Positions 17,471-27,252 of a DNA stretch of 64,000 bases are shown here, in pieces (position 1 is the first letter of the stretch; each line of letters opens with the position of its first letter). The translations under genes and the position numbers were made by a program. Location: assembly GCA_037131245.1 (NCBI GenBank), contig JBAXRK010000010.1, positions 3,397 to 67,396 of the forward strand, given 5' to 3'. Below the pieces are notes generated by a model. That model was not told where the DNA came from. It was given only the letters and a program-made list of their open reading frames with translations, and searched no databases. Source of the DNA: Candidatus Omnitrophota bacterium. GTDB lineage: Bacteria > Omnitrophota > Gorgyraeia > Zapsychrales > Fredricksoniimonadaceae.

Positions 17471-17841
17471 GTCATAAAGATCCGGTTGAAAAGCGTCGTT
17501 ATCCTCGTATTGAGCACAGCGTTCCGGTCAAGATCGGCGCTGTTGATGCCGATCTGGTCACGGCGACCCGCAATATCAGCCGTTCCGGTGTTTATTGCCG
17601 GGTTGATAAGTATCTGGAGCCAATGACCAAGCTGAAGATCACCCTGATGCTTCCGGTTAAGAAAGAGGGGAAGGTCGCGACCAGGAAGATCGTCTGTTCC
17701 GGCGTGATCGTTCGTGTTGAGAATATACCTTTTGAAGACGCTTTTAACATCGCGATCTTTTTCAATGAGATCAAACCCTCTGACAGTCGCGCGTTGGCTG
17801 ATCACGTGCAGGGAGTCCTCGCCGAGAAGGTCGTTGTTTAA
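17467..17841 (+). CDS. PilZ-domain protein
   Basis: RRYPR and NISRSG motifs. TTG start overlaps the previous stop by 4 nt. Confidence 0.7.
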   Translation: MSHKDPVEKRRYPRIEHSVPVKIGAVDADLVTATRNISRSGVYCRVDKYLEPMTKLKITLMLPVKKEGKVATRKIVCSGVIVRVENIPFEDAFNIAIFFNEIKPSDSRALADHVQGVLAEKVVV

Positions 17842-17864
17842 TTTCCCATTATTGGAGCCTTAAT

Positions 17865-18047
17865 ATGGACAGTTCCGCGATCAATCTTTCGGTGACCCCT
17901 TTACAGGCGCTGCTGGCCCTGGCGTTCCAGGCATGGCTGGTCATTTTCCCCATTATCCTGATGCGCAAGATCACCCGTCTTGAGGCTTTGGTCGAGGCTC
18001 ATTTTACCGCTGGAGATGAGACAGCCGAGGAGACGGAGAATGTCTAA
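17865..18047 (+). CDS. Small hypothetical membrane protein
   Basis: 60 aa with one hydrophobic helix (ALLALAFQAWLVIFPIILM). Its stop overlaps the rluA-family start. No recognisable motif. Confidence 0.35.
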   Translation: MDSSAINLSVTPLQALLALAFQAWLVIFPIILMRKITRLEALVEAHFTAGDETAEETENV

Positions 18048-18729
18048 AAGGTTTATTTCCCGACGCGCCAGCATTATTCTTTATGAAGATGATCAGTATA
18101 TCGCTTTTTTTAAGCCGGCGGGCCTGCTGGCGGTGCCGGCTGACAAAGGCAATGAAGCGTCGCTGACCGAGATCGTCAACGCCGAGTATGCCGCGCGTCC
18201 GGATGTTCCGGAAGGGCTAAAGCTTCACCCCTGCCATCGCATTGATCGTGATACTTCCGGGGTGATCCTTTTTGCTAAAGGCCAGGTTGCCCGCGATCAT
18301 ATGATGAACCTGTTCCGCGCTCGCGAGGTGCAGAAGAAATATATCGCTTTTGTCCACGGCAAGCTGTTGCATTCGCGCGGGGAGATGAAAAGTCGCTTGA
18401 AGGAAGATATCGCGTCGGGTGACCGCAACAGCATGTCGGTCACCCGCTACGCTCTTAAACAACAGTTCCGCAAGTTCGCGGTGGTCGAAGTGACCCCGCT
18501 GACCGGACGTACCAATCAGATCCGCCTGCATTTCAAGGAGGTCGGCAATCCGCTGGTCGGCGAGAACAAGTTCGTTTATCGTAAAGATTTTGAGCTTAAG
18601 TTCAAGCGCACGGCGCTGCACGCTTTTGCTTTATCTTTTGTGCAGCCATATACGAAGGATAAAGTCAGGATCGAGGCGGAATTATCGCAGGACATGCAGA
18701 ATTTTCTCGTCAAAGAAAGGTCAAAATGA
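18040..18729 (+). CDS. RluA-family pseudouridine synthase
   Basis: Motifs YIAFFKPAGL, HRIDRDTSGVILFAK (catalytic Asp), YIAFVHG and GRTNQIRLHF. The start is taken at MSKRF rather than the track start at 17980. Confidence 0.85.
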   Translation: MSKRFISRRASIILYEDDQYIAFFKPAGLLAVPADKGNEASLTEIVNAEYAARPDVPEGLKLHPCHRIDRDTSGVILFAKGQVARDHMMNLFRAREVQKKYIAFVHGKLLHSRGEMKSRLKEDIASGDRNSMSVTRYALKQQFRKFAVVEVTPLTGRTNQIRLHFKEVGNPLVGENKFVYRKDFELKFKRTALHAFALSFVQPYTKDKVRIEAELSQDMQNFLVKERSK

Positions 18730-19028
18730 GCCAGAAATTAAGCGTTCAGGAAATGTGTGATCTGTGCCATTCGATCGCCAAATCAAAGGGCTTTTGGGAT
18801 AAAGAGCGTAATATCGGTGAGGCCCTGATGCTGATCGTCACCGAGCTGGCCGAGGCGATGGAAGCGCACCGTAAGCAGGACAAGGCGAATTTTGACGAGG
18901 AGTTGGCGGATACCTTTATCCGCTTGTTCGACCTTTGCGGTGGCTTGGGGATCGATATCGAGGCCGAGATCACGAAAAAGTGCGAGAAGAACAAAGCCCG
19001 CCCGTACAAGCATGGCAAGATATGTTGA
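18726..19028 (+). CDS. MazG-like nucleotide pyrophosphohydrolase (small all-alpha NTP-PPase)
   Basis: 100 aa. LMLIVTELAEAMEAHRK...EELADTFIRLFDL carries the EExxE/D motifs of the MazG family. Confidence 0.65.
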   Translation: MSQKLSVQEMCDLCHSIAKSKGFWDKERNIGEALMLIVTELAEAMEAHRKQDKANFDEELADTFIRLFDLCGGLGIDIEAEITKKCEKNKARPYKHGKIC

Positions 19029-19034
19029 TGCGCC

Positions 19035-21011
19035 ATGGGATCTTTTAAACTCGAATCCTCATTTAAACTGATCCCTGACCAGAAACGTGCAGCCGAGGCC
19101 TTGACCGCGGGTATTTTGCGCGGGGACAAAGCCCAGGTCCTGCTTGGTGTTACCGGCAGCGGCAAGACCTTCACGCTCGCCAACTGTATCGCCCGCCTTA
19201 ACCGTCCGACGCTTGTTATCTCTCACAATAAAACCCTGGCGGCTCAGCTTTACGGCGAATTCAAGGAATTTTTCCCTTCGAACGCGGTGGAATATTTTGT
19301 GAGTTATTACGATTATTATCAGCCGGAGGCGTATATCCCTTCGACGGATGTTTATATTGAGAAGGATTCGTCCATCAATGACCGGCTGGACCGCCTGCGC
19401 CTGGCGGCAACAACATCGCTGATGTCTCGTCGGGATGTGGTCGTGGTGGCGAGTGTTTCTTGCATTTATAACCTGGGCTCACCGGAAGATTACCAGAATA
19501 GCCTAGTGTTCTTTAAGCGCGGGGAAGCGGCCGGCCGCGACGATGTCCTGCGGCGACTTCTGGACATCCAGTACGAGCGTAATGATTTCGAATTTTCTCG
19601 CGGCAAAATCCGTGTGCGGGGGGATGTGGTCGAGATCTTTCCCGCTTACCGGCAGGACGCGCTCCGGGTGGAGTTCTTCGGTGATGAGATCGAACGCATC
19701 AAGATGATCGATCCTTTGACCGGTGAGACATTGACCGAACTTGAGCAGGCAGCAGTTTATCCCGCCAAGCATTTCGTGGTTTCCGAGCCGCGCATGGAAG
19801 AGGCGCTTCAGGAGATCGAGCGTGAGCTTCAGGAGAGGCTCAAAGAGCTCGAAGGCCGGGGGAAACTTTTGGAAGCCCAGCGCTTGCGTTCGCGCACGCG
19901 CTACGATATGGAAATGATGCGCGAGGCCGGTTATTGTAACGGCATCGAGAATTATTCGCGGGTCCTGTCTGGCCGTCCACCGGGAGCCAGGCCGCATTGC
20001 CTCATCGATTATTTTCCTAAAGATCTTCTGGTCATTATTGATGAATCGCACGTAACGATCCCGCAGATCCACGGGATGTACGCTGGCGACCGGTCTCGCA
20101 AGGAGATGCTTGTTGAACACGGGTTTAGGTTGCCGTCTTGTCTGGATAACCGTCCTCTTAAGTACAGTGAATTCGAGCCGATGGCCAGTCAGGTTATTTA
20201 TGTTTCAGCGACCCCTGATGAGTTCGAGGTTAAGCGGGCCGGTGGCAAGCTGGTGGAGCAGGTTATCCGGCCTACCGGGATCCCGGATCCGATGATCGAG
20301 GTGCGCAAGACAGCGGGGCAGGTGGAGGACTTACTAAAAGAAGTCCGCATCCGGGCGGCAAAGTCGGAGCGGGTGCTGGTGACAACTCTCACCAAGCAGA
20401 TGTCGGAGGACCTGGCCGAATATTTGGGTGACCGCGGGGTGAAGGTTAAATACCTCCATTCTGATATTGAGACGATCGAGCGCACGAAGATATTGCAGGA
20501 TCTACGGCTTAAGAAATATGATTGCCTGGTCGGTGTGAACCTGTTGCGTGAGGGGCTCGACCTTCCGGAAGTGTCCCTCGTCGCGATCTTTGATGCCGAT
20601 AAGCAGGGCTTCCTGCGCTCCCATACTTCGTTGATTCAAACGGCCGGACGCGCGGCGCGTAATAAGGACGGCATGGTCATTATGTACGCTGACACGATCA
20701 GCCAGGCAATGCGTTTTACCATGGCCGAGTGTGACCGGCGCCGCAAGATCCAGCTGAAATTTAATTCGGATAATGGTATTACTCCCTCGACGATCCTGAA
20801 GGCGGTCAACGCCGGTATTGAGGTTTGGTCGGATGCCGAGGAACTGGTGCGTGAAGTGGCTGGCCAGGATAAGGAACAATATGAATTCTCGAGAATGGTC
20901 GACGAATTGGAACGCCAGATGGAACTTTCCGCGCGTAACCTTGAGTTTGAAAAAGCCGCGAAATTCCGGGATCGGATCGCGCAGTTAAAGAAATTGGGGA
21001 TGACACAATGA
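19035..21011 (+). CDS. uvrB: Excinuclease ABC subunit B
   Basis: 658 aa. Motifs [30 protein letters not shown] and a helicase C domain. C-terminal UVR motif [11 protein letters not shown]. Confidence 0.95.
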   Translation: MGSFKLESSFKLIPDQKRAAEALTAGILRGDKAQVLLGVTGSGKTFTLANCIARLNRPTLVISHNKTLAAQLYGEFKEFFPSNAVEYFVSYYDYYQPEAYIPSTDVYIEKDSSINDRLDRLRLAATTSLMSRRDVVVVASVSCIYNLGSPEDYQNSLVFFKRGEAAGRDDVLRRLLDIQYERNDFEFSRGKIRVRGDVVEIFPAYRQDALRVEFFGDEIERIKMIDPLTGETLTELEQAAVYPAKHFVVSEPRMEEALQEIERELQERLKELEGRGKLLEAQRLRSRTRYDMEMMREAGYCNGIENYSRVLSGRPPGARPHCLIDYFPKDLLVIIDESHVTIPQIHGMYAGDRSRKEMLVEHGFRLPSCLDNRPLKYSEFEPMASQVIYVSATPDEFEVKRAGGKLVEQVIRPTGIPDPMIEVRKTAGQVEDLLKEVRIRAAKSERVLVTTLTKQMSEDLAEYLGDRGVKVKYLHSDIETIERTKILQDLRLKKYDCLVGVNLLREGLDLPEVSLVAIFDADKQGFLRSHTSLIQTAGRAARNKDGMVIMYADTISQAMRFTMAECDRRRKIQLKFNSDNGITPSTILKAVNAGIEVWSDAEELVREVAGQDKEQYEFSRMVDELERQMELSARNLEFEKAAKFRDRIAQLKKLGMTQ

Positions 21012-21631
21012 GAAAGCGGCTGTTGCTAGTATTTCTTCTTATGTCAACGGCCGGTTGCGCGGTCCTTGAAGCTACCGGAGAAGCTGTCGGCGTGGTGGGT
21101 AAGGTGGGTTGGGAGGCAACCAAAGCGGTCGGCCGGGTGGTGTATACCGGCACCCAGATGGCCGGGCAAACGGCGAATCAGACCAATAAGTCCCTGTCAC
21201 GCCAATCAACCTCTCGGCGGGATGAAGGGATCGTCGTTAGCGGCGACAAGACAGTTGTGCCGCTCGAGCAGGAAGGGAAAAGTTATTATGTGCGCCTTAA
21301 GATCAATCATAACGTTTCCGGACGGTTTTTGCTGGACACCGGAGCTAGCGCGGTGCAGATATCCAAAGCGATGGCAAAGCGGCTCAATGTGTTAAAAAGT
21401 AAAAGCCAGGCGATCCCGGTGACCCTGGCTGGGGGGGCGGTCGTGGCTGGCCGCTTGATCACCCTTGACCAAGTTAAGCTGGGAGGAATGACCGCACATC
21501 ATGTGAAGGCGATCATTTTGGATTATGAGCATAATCAGTCCTCCGATGGCTTACTTGGGATGTCATTCCTGGAGAATTTTATTTTTCAGATCGATACCAA
21601 AAAGAATGAACTGACGCTCAAGCGTCGTTGA
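21008..21631 (+). CDS. Retropepsin-like (clan AA) aspartic protease lipoprotein
   Basis: Lipobox STAGC. Active-site-type motif [16 protein letters not shown] flap-like segment. Confidence 0.65.
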   Translation: MRKRLLLVFLLMSTAGCAVLEATGEAVGVVGKVGWEATKAVGRVVYTGTQMAGQTANQTNKSLSRQSTSRRDEGIVVSGDKTVVPLEQEGKSYYVRLKINHNVSGRFLLDTGASAVQISKAMAKRLNVLKSKSQAIPVTLAGGAVVAGRLITLDQVKLGGMTAHHVKAIILDYEHNQSSDGLLGMSFLENFIFQIDTKKNELTLKRR

Positions 21632-21632
21632 G

Positions 21633-22640
21633 GTGAAGAAGATGGGAAAATATAAAGCGGTAGGGTTGCTGTCAGGCGGGTTGGATAGTGCTTTGGCAGC
21701 CAAGCTTTTGCTGGATCAGGGAATTGAGGTTCACGCGGTCAATATCAGCATGCCCTGGGGTTGCGGCCGCCCGTCGCGGGTGATCAAGCTTGCCGAGCAG
21801 CTCGGGATGCCGTTTAAGAGTATTCCGTTAGGCAATGATTACCTGGCTGTTCTAAAGGATCCTCAATATGGTTTTGGCGTGGCGCATAATCCGTGTGTGG
21901 ATTGTCATATTTATATGCTCCGGAAAGCCGCTGAGTATATGAAGGAGATTGGCGCGTCATTTGTTTTTACCGGGGAGGTTATTGGCCAGCGTCCGATGTC
22001 GCAGCGGCGCAAATGCCTGGATTGGGTAGAAGAAGGGTCGGGCATCCCCGGGCGCGTGCTGCGCCCTTTATCGGCCAAGTTGCTTCCGCTGACCATTCCT
22101 GAGACGGAAGGGATCGTTGACCGTGAGAAGCTCATGGACCTGGTGGGCCGTAACCGGCGGCGGCAATTGGACCTCGCGAAAGAGTTGGGGTTGGCGGGCT
22201 TCTCCACGCCTGGCGGCGGTTGCCTGCTGACCGAGAAAGTTTTCGGCAACCGTGTTAAAGATGTATTGGCGCGCGGGTGTGACGCGATCCATGAGATGGC
22301 GATCCTGGGAATGGGCCGTTATTTCAGCCTAGGCGATGATGCTTTTATTTTGCTGGGCCGTGACGCTCAGGAAAATGAGTTTCTGCTTGAGTACGCGCTG
22401 GAGTCGGATATTATTTTTCGTACTTATGAGTTTCCCAGCCCCACGGTGGTTTTACGCAGCAAGTTGGTGACCGAGCGGCAGCTGACACTCGCGGCCGGCT
22501 TAATGCAGTATTTTTCAAAGTGCGCTAAAAGTGCTCCAAAGCTGATCCCCAGCTGGCAGAAGTCGTCACCCGAAACAGTCCGTCAGATCCTCGCGGTCCT
22601 GCCGTCAGAGGAAGAGTTGAAAGTTATCTGGAAGATGTAA
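21633..22640 (+). CDS. PP-loop ATP pyrophosphatase family protein (tRNA thiolase-like)
   Basis: N-terminal GLLSGGLDSALAA (SGGxDS PP-loop). CVDCH cysteine pair. Exact subfamily not assignable by eye. Confidence 0.55.
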   Translation: MKKMGKYKAVGLLSGGLDSALAAKLLLDQGIEVHAVNISMPWGCGRPSRVIKLAEQLGMPFKSIPLGNDYLAVLKDPQYGFGVAHNPCVDCHIYMLRKAAEYMKEIGASFVFTGEVIGQRPMSQRRKCLDWVEEGSGIPGRVLRPLSAKLLPLTIPETEGIVDREKLMDLVGRNRRRQLDLAKELGLAGFSTPGGGCLLTEKVFGNRVKDVLARGCDAIHEMAILGMGRYFSLGDDAFILLGRDAQENEFLLEYALESDIIFRTYEFPSPTVVLRSKLVTERQLTLAAGLMQYFSKCAKSAPKLIPSWQKSSPETVRQILAVLPSEEELKVIWKM

Positions 22641-22691
22641 GGCGTTATTATACTTGCCTTTTTGGCTTGCCGGCTTTAACCTACCTTTTAT

Positions 22692-23444
22692 ATGACCTGC
22701 GCTATCGATATCGGGAATTCTACCATCGGTTTTGCCTTCTTTAATAAGGATAAGCCGCAGCGCGTTTATTCGATCGAGAATGAACCGCAGAGCGAACTTG
22801 TGCGTGTTAAGCTGGCGAATTTTCTTGAGTCAGTGGCCAGTAAGCATCCGGTGAAAACTGTCGTGATCTGCAGTGTTGTGCCGGATGTTTTAAAGTCATT
22901 ATCAGCCCGGATCCGCAAAGCCTGGGGCATCAACCCTCTCGTGATCGGTAGGCATCTTAAGATCCCTATCAAGAACCGCTATAAAAGCCCGCGTCAGGTT
23001 GGAAAGGACCGCTTGTTGTGCGCTTATGCCGCTCGGGAGCTTTACGGCGCCCCGGCCGTCGTGATCGATCTGGGGACGGCGATCACCTTTGACGGGATCT
23101 CGCCGAAAGGGGATTATCTGGGCGGCGCTATTATCCCCGGCCTGCGCTTATCAGCAGAGGCTTTATTTGAGAAAACGGCGCTTTTGCCACGGGTCAATAT
23201 CACCGAGCCGAAGAAAGTCATTGGCGCCACAACCGAGGAGAGCATTCAAAGCGGTTTATTCCACGGGTATGGCGCATTATGTGACGGGATGGTCCTACGG
23301 TTGGGTGAAGAAATGAAATGCCATCCCAAAGTTGTTATGACCGGAGGCCACGCCCCGGTCATGAGGCGTTTCATGAAGCATCCGGTTGAGGCGGTTGATG
23401 ATCATTTGATCTTTAAGGGCATGGCCATGCTGGCTGGTCAATGA
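22692..23444 (+). CDS. coaX: Type III pantothenate kinase
   Basis: 250 aa. Motifs IDIGNST, VGKDRL, VIDLGTAITFD, GGAIIPG and TGG. Confidence 0.85.
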   Translation: MTCAIDIGNSTIGFAFFNKDKPQRVYSIENEPQSELVRVKLANFLESVASKHPVKTVVICSVVPDVLKSLSARIRKAWGINPLVIGRHLKIPIKNRYKSPRQVGKDRLLCAYAARELYGAPAVVIDLGTAITFDGISPKGDYLGGAIIPGLRLSAEALFEKTALLPRVNITEPKKVIGATTEESIQSGLFHGYGALCDGMVLRLGEEMKCHPKVVMTGGHAPVMRRFMKHPVEAVDDHLIFKGMAMLAGQ

Positions 23445-24772
23445 GCAATCCTGACGCGCAAACTCTTTTCTGGATAATTCCTTCCTTTGGCGGTTTCCTG
23501 GCGATGGTTTGTCTTATTTTCGGATGGCGGGCGGGAAAACGCCAGTGGTTGCTTAATAGCCTGCCCACCAGCAAGACGACCGGCGTGTTCATCGGAGAGG
23601 TTGAACTTAAGGGAACGGCCGAGATAGAGGCCCCGCTGACCAGCTATTTGGCAGGAACTTCTTGCGTCTACTTCCATTGGACGGTTGAGGAGCATTGGTC
23701 CCGGACGGTGATCGAGACATACCAGGACAGCAAGGGGATGACGCAAACCAGGACCAGGACGGAAAGTGGCCGCACCAAGGTGGCGGAGGGCGGGGAGTCC
23801 CCGGCATTTTATTTAAAGGATGACAGTGGCATTATTCGTATTGTTCCCACCGGAGCCAAGCTTGAGCCAAAGAATGTGTTCAACAAGACCTGCGGCATGG
23901 CGGAACTTCTTTATTATGGTAAAGGCCCTCAGGGGGCAGTGCCGAATTCAGATCATCGCCGGACGTTTACGGAATATGTTATCCCTCTTCATGCTCCGCT
24001 CTATGTGATCGGCCAGGCGCGGGAGCGCCAGGACGTGGTTGCGCCCGAGATCGCGGCCGATAAACGCTCCCCTCTTTTTTTGATCTCGATTCGAACCGAA
24101 GAGCAAATAGCGGGAAGTTTTCGCAACACTTTTTGGTGGCTGACCGTTATTGGTCTTATTCTTGCCGTAGCTTCTTTTTTGTTGCGCGACGGCATGCTGC
24201 ACACAACATTATCCTCGGACGTTGTTGTTTTTGTCCTGGCTGGGTTTTCTTACCTATTGGTGTGGTTCCTCGGCTGTGCCTGGATCTTGTACAATAATCT
24301 TGTAGAGATCCGTGTCCGTGTCAGGCAAGGCTGGGCGAATGTGGATGTTCAGCTTAAAAGACGGCATGAACTGATCCCTTCTTTAGTGAATACGGTGACG
24401 GGTTTGAAAGGTTATGAGCAACGGGTGCAGGGTGAATTGGCCGCTTTGCGTGCTCAGATTGAGGCAACGGCGCCGGGTCAGCCCGGCCCGGATTATGCCG
24501 GTTGCCTGCCGAAGATCAAGGCGGTAGCAGAAGCTTATCCGGAGCTTAAAGCGAATGGTGCGTTTGTTAATTTAATGAAACAGTTGTCCGATACTGAAGA
24601 CAGGATCGCCATGGCGCGTTCGTATTTTAATGAGCTCGCCAGTTTCTATAATGCCCGGATCGAGAGCATTCCTGATGTATATGTTGCCGTTATCTCCGGG
24701 ATGGAAGCGGAGCCGCTCATGCTCGCGGATGGTTTTGAAAGAACACCTGTTGGGGTTCACTTGGCTGTCTGA
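23441..24772 (+). CDS. Membrane protein fusing a GIDE-like domain to a C-terminal LemA domain
   Basis: 443 aa. TM helix, then a GIDE-type segment (TTGVFIGEVELKGTAE...SCVYFHW). Two TM helices follow, then the LemA signature YNNLVEIRVRVRQGWANVDVQLKRRHELIP...AYPELKAN...ARSYFN. Confidence 0.65.
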   Translation: MSNPDAQTLFWIIPSFGGFLAMVCLIFGWRAGKRQWLLNSLPTSKTTGVFIGEVELKGTAEIEAPLTSYLAGTSCVYFHWTVEEHWSRTVIETYQDSKGMTQTRTRTESGRTKVAEGGESPAFYLKDDSGIIRIVPTGAKLEPKNVFNKTCGMAELLYYGKGPQGAVPNSDHRRTFTEYVIPLHAPLYVIGQARERQDVVAPEIAADKRSPLFLISIRTEEQIAGSFRNTFWWLTVIGLILAVASFLLRDGMLHTTLSSDVVVFVLAGFSYLLVWFLGCAWILYNNLVEIRVRVRQGWANVDVQLKRRHELIPSLVNTVTGLKGYEQRVQGELAALRAQIEATAPGQPGPDYAGCLPKIKAVAEAYPELKANGAFVNLMKQLSDTEDRIAMARSYFNELASFYNARIESIPDVYVAVISGMEAEPLMLADGFERTPVGVHLAV

Positions 24773-24823
24773 AAGGGCTTGTTTTCTAAAATGGCTTTTT
24801 CAGGCTTTTTTTGTAATGTCTCA

Positions 24824-24850
24824 TTAGCACTCTCGACATAGCTTTGCCAA
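24824..24850. promoter_or_regulatory. CIRCE-like inverted repeat 1 (TTAGCACTC-N9-CTTTGCCAA)
   Basis: The left half is identical to the CIRCE consensus TTAGCACTC. The right half is degenerate (the outer TGCCAA still pairs with TTAGCA apart from one position). Confidence 0.5.
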
Positions 24851-24875
24851 ATATCGGTTAAACAAAAAAATTTTC

Positions 24876-24903
24876 TTGACATGAATGGCAGAATCTTGAT
24901 AAT
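24876..24903 (+). promoter_or_regulatory. Putative sigma-70 promoter of groES-groEL (TTGACA-16 nt-GATAAT)
   Basis: -35 at 24876-24881 and -10 at 24898-24903. The SD AAGGAGGG lies about 7 nt before the ATG at 24957. Confidence 0.6.
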
Positions 24904-24929
24904 TAGCAGTCTTAGGAATTCATTGCCAA
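24903..24929. promoter_or_regulatory. CIRCE-like inverted repeat 2 (TTAGCAGTC-N9-CATTGCCAA), starting at the last base of the -10 box and extending downstream over the expected start site
   Basis: Same half-site pattern as repeat 1. This is the classical HrcA-operator position upstream of groES. Confidence 0.55.
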
Positions 24930-24956
24930 GTTAAAGTCAAACAAGGAGGGTAATTC

Positions 24957-25247
24957 ATGAAGCTTCAACCACTCGCAGACAGGATCATTATTCAGCCTCT
25001 TTCTGCCGAAGAAGTCACCAAGGGCGGTATCGTCCTTCCTGACACGGCGAAAGAAAAGCCCCAGGAAGGCAAAGTTGTTGCCGCTGGAAAAGGCAAAGTG
25101 CTCGATAACGGGCAGGTTCAGGCCCTTGAGGTCAAGGTGGGCGATATTGTGCTTTACGGCAAATATAGCGGCACCGAGATCAAGGACAAGGATGGCACCG
25201 CGCTTTTGATCATCCGTGAAGAAGAAGTTCTGGCTATCGTTAAATAA
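24957..25247 (+). CDS. groES: Co-chaperonin GroES
   Basis: 96 aa. [14 protein letters not shown]...[20 protein letters not shown]. Confidence 0.95.
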   Translation: MKLQPLADRIIIQPLSAEEVTKGGIVLPDTAKEKPQEGKVVAAGKGKVLDNGQVQALEVKVGDIVLYGKYSGTEIKDKDGTALLIIREEEVLAIVK

Positions 25248-25263
25248 GTAATCGTTTATTTGG

Positions 25264-25309
25264 GCTCCCTTCCGCCGTCAGGCTAAGGCCTGTCGAGGCG
25301 TTTGGGAGC
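25264..25309 (+). promoter_or_regulatory. Intercistronic stem-loop between groES and groEL
   Basis: GCTCCC (25264-25269) pairs with GGGAGC (25304-25309). Inner pairs are CGCC/GGCG and CAGGC/GCCTG. An A7T4...A4T7 inverted repeat follows. Confidence 0.4.
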
Positions 25310-25348
25310 AAAAAAATTTTAACATAGAAAATTTTTTTGGAGGTTTTT

Positions 25349-27013
25349 ATGGCTGCAAAGATCTTACAGTATGATGACGAAGCCCGTCGTTCCGTGCTTC
25401 GCGGTGTTGAACAGCTCGCGAGAGCGGTCAAAGTGACGCTCGGTCCCAAGGGGCGCAATGTCATTATCGACAAGAAGTTCGGTTCCCCCACGGTCACCAA
25501 GGACGGCGTTTCCGTTGCCAAGGAGATCGAGCTGGAGAATGCGTTCGAGAACATCGGCGCGTCGATGGTCAAGGAAGTGGCCGAGAAGACGTCTGACAAT
25601 GCCGGTGACGGTACCACGACCGCGACGGTGCTGGCTGAAGCTATTTATCGTGAAGGCCTCAAGAATGTGACGGCCGGCGCGAACCCGATGGCGCTTAAGC
25701 GCGGTATCGACAAGGCTGTCACAGCCGTTGTTGAGAAGATCGCCAAGCTGTCGAAGAAGGTTGATATGAAAGAGAACCGTGAAGTGGAGCAGGTGGCCAC
25801 CATCGCGGCGAATTCAGACAGCGTTATCGGCAAGAAGATCGCCGAAGCGTTTGAAAAAGTTGGTAAAGATGGTGTTATCACGGTTGAAGAGTCCAAGACC
25901 ATCAACACGGAGCTGAAGTTCGTTGAGGGGATGCAGTTCGACCAGGGTTACCTGTCGCCTTATTTCTCCACGGACATGGAGAAGATGGAATGTGAGCTCG
26001 ATAATCCTTTTATTCTCATTTATGAGAAGAAGGTTTCGAACATCAAGGATATGCTGCCTGTTCTCGAGAAGGTGGCCAAGGCTGGCGCCCCGCTTCTGAT
26101 CATTGCGGAAGATGTTGAAGGCGAAGCACTTGCGACGCTGGTAGTGAACAATCTGCGCAAGACCCTTTCTTGCTCAGCTGTTAAGGCTCCGGGTTATGGC
26201 GATCGTCGCAAGGCGATGCTTGAAGACATTGCTGCCCTCACGGGTGGCATGGCCATCACGGAAGACCGCGGGATGAAGCTGGAAAATATTCAGCTTTCTG
26301 ACCTGGGTCGTGCTAAAAAGGTCAAGATCGATAAGGACAATACGACCATCGTTGAAGGCGCCGGTAAGACCGCCGACATCAAGGGCCGTATCGCTCAGAT
26401 CAAGGCTCAGATCGACAAGACTGATTCTTCCTACGATAAAGAGAAGCTCCAGGAGCGCCTGGCGAAGCTGTCCGGTGGTGTTGCCATCATCAATGTTGGC
26501 GCGGCGACCGAGAGCGAAATGAAGGAAAAGAAGGCTCGTGTTGAGGACGCGCTTCACGCGACCCGCGCGGCGATCGAAGAAGGTATCGTTCCCGGCGGTG
26601 GTGTGGCTCTTCTTCGTTGTTTGGAAGATGTGGCGGCGCTGCAGCTTACTGGCGACGAGAAGACCGGCGCGGATATTATCCTGCGTGCGATCGAATCTCC
26701 CGTTCGTCAGTTATGCTTGAATGCCGGCCTTGAGGGTTCGGTCATTGTTGACCGCCTCAAGAAGGAAAAGAAGAACATTGGTTATGATATCAATAAGGAC
26801 GCTTATGTCGATATGCTCGAGAGCGGCGTTATTGATCCGGCCAAGGTTACTCGTACGGCGCTGCAGAACGCGGCGTCCATTGCGGGCCTCCTTCTCACCA
26901 CAGAGTGCGTGATCACCGATGCTCCTGAAAAGGACAAGGGTGGCATGCCTCCGATGGGTGGTATGGGCGGTGGTATGGGTGGTATGGGTGGTGGCATGGG
27001 TGGTATGATGTAA
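25349..27013 (+). CDS. groEL: Chaperonin GroEL
   Basis: [13 protein letters not shown]...[12 protein letters not shown]..., with a C-terminal GGM repeat tail. The start is taken at the ATG preceded by GGAGG, rather than the track start at 25337. Confidence 0.97.
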   Translation: MAAKILQYDDEARRSVLRGVEQLARAVKVTLGPKGRNVIIDKKFGSPTVTKDGVSVAKEIELENAFENIGASMVKEVAEKTSDNAGDGTTTATVLAEAIYREGLKNVTAGANPMALKRGIDKAVTAVVEKIAKLSKKVDMKENREVEQVATIAANSDSVIGKKIAEAFEKVGKDGVITVEESKTINTELKFVEGMQFDQGYLSPYFSTDMEKMECELDNPFILIYEKKVSNIKDMLPVLEKVAKAGAPLLIIAEDVEGEALATLVVNNLRKTLSCSAVKAPGYGDRRKAMLEDIAALTGGMAITEDRGMKLENIQLSDLGRAKKVKIDKDNTTIVEGAGKTADIKGRIAQIKAQIDKTDSSYDKEKLQERLAKLSGGVAIINVGAATESEMKEKKARVEDALHATRAAIEEGIVPGGGVALLRCLEDVAALQLTGDEKTGADIILRAIESPVRQLCLNAGLEGSVIVDRLKKEKKNIGYDINKDAYVDMLESGVIDPAKVTRTALQNAASIAGLLLTTECVITDAPEKDKGGMPPMGGMGGGMGGMGGGMGGMM

Positions 27014-27039
27014 TAACTTTCGCCTTCGGCGAAAGTTAT
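27013..27039 (+). terminator. Hairpin directly after the groEL stop
   Basis: ATAACTTTCGC-CTTCG-GCGAAAGTTAT, a perfect 11-bp stem. A weak T-rich tail follows. Confidence 0.5.
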
Positions 27040-27058
27040 TTATCTAATAGTAACTCAG

Positions 27059-27096
27059 CCCCGGGACTTCGAAAAGAGGTCCCGGGGTTTCTTTTT
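27059..27096 (+). terminator. Rho-independent terminator of groESL
   Basis: CCCCGGGAC-11 nt loop-GTCCCGGGG, followed by TTTCTTTTT. Confidence 0.8.
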
Positions 27097-27216
27097 GTCA
27101 TTCCATTGGCGCCGGGATACCATCATCTGCTCAGATAGCACGTCCAGCTCTTTCTAGTAGGGATTGAAAGCTGGCCGTGAACTCGCATCTGATGGTATTC
27201 CGACGCCTGGAATGAC
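27097..27216. repeat. About 120-nt long imperfect inverted repeat / extended hairpin
   Basis: Arm 27097-27130 (GTCATTCCATTGGCGCCGGGATACCATCATCTGC) pairs with 27185-27216 at 28 Watson-Crick positions plus one G-U. An inner stem is formed by ACGTCCAGCT (27140-27149) and AGCTGGCCGT (27169-27178). Confidence 0.6.
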
Positions 27217-27218
27217 CT

Positions 27219-27234
27219 GAGAAAACGTTTTCTC
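27219..27234. promoter_or_regulatory. Candidate operator GAGAAAACGTTTTCTC (copy 2; 16-bp perfect palindrome)
   Basis: The core GAAAACGTTTTC at 27221-27232 is identical to 13089-13100, and also lies exactly 20 nt upstream of a -35-like hexamer. Confidence 0.55.
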
Positions 27235-27252
27235 GAAACAAGCTTCCAGCCA

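Noticed and set aside
26932-27010. Repetitive GGTATGGG(C/T)GGT DNA that could be mistaken for a tandem-repeat element
   Set aside because: It encodes the normal C-terminal GGM-repeat tail of GroEL.
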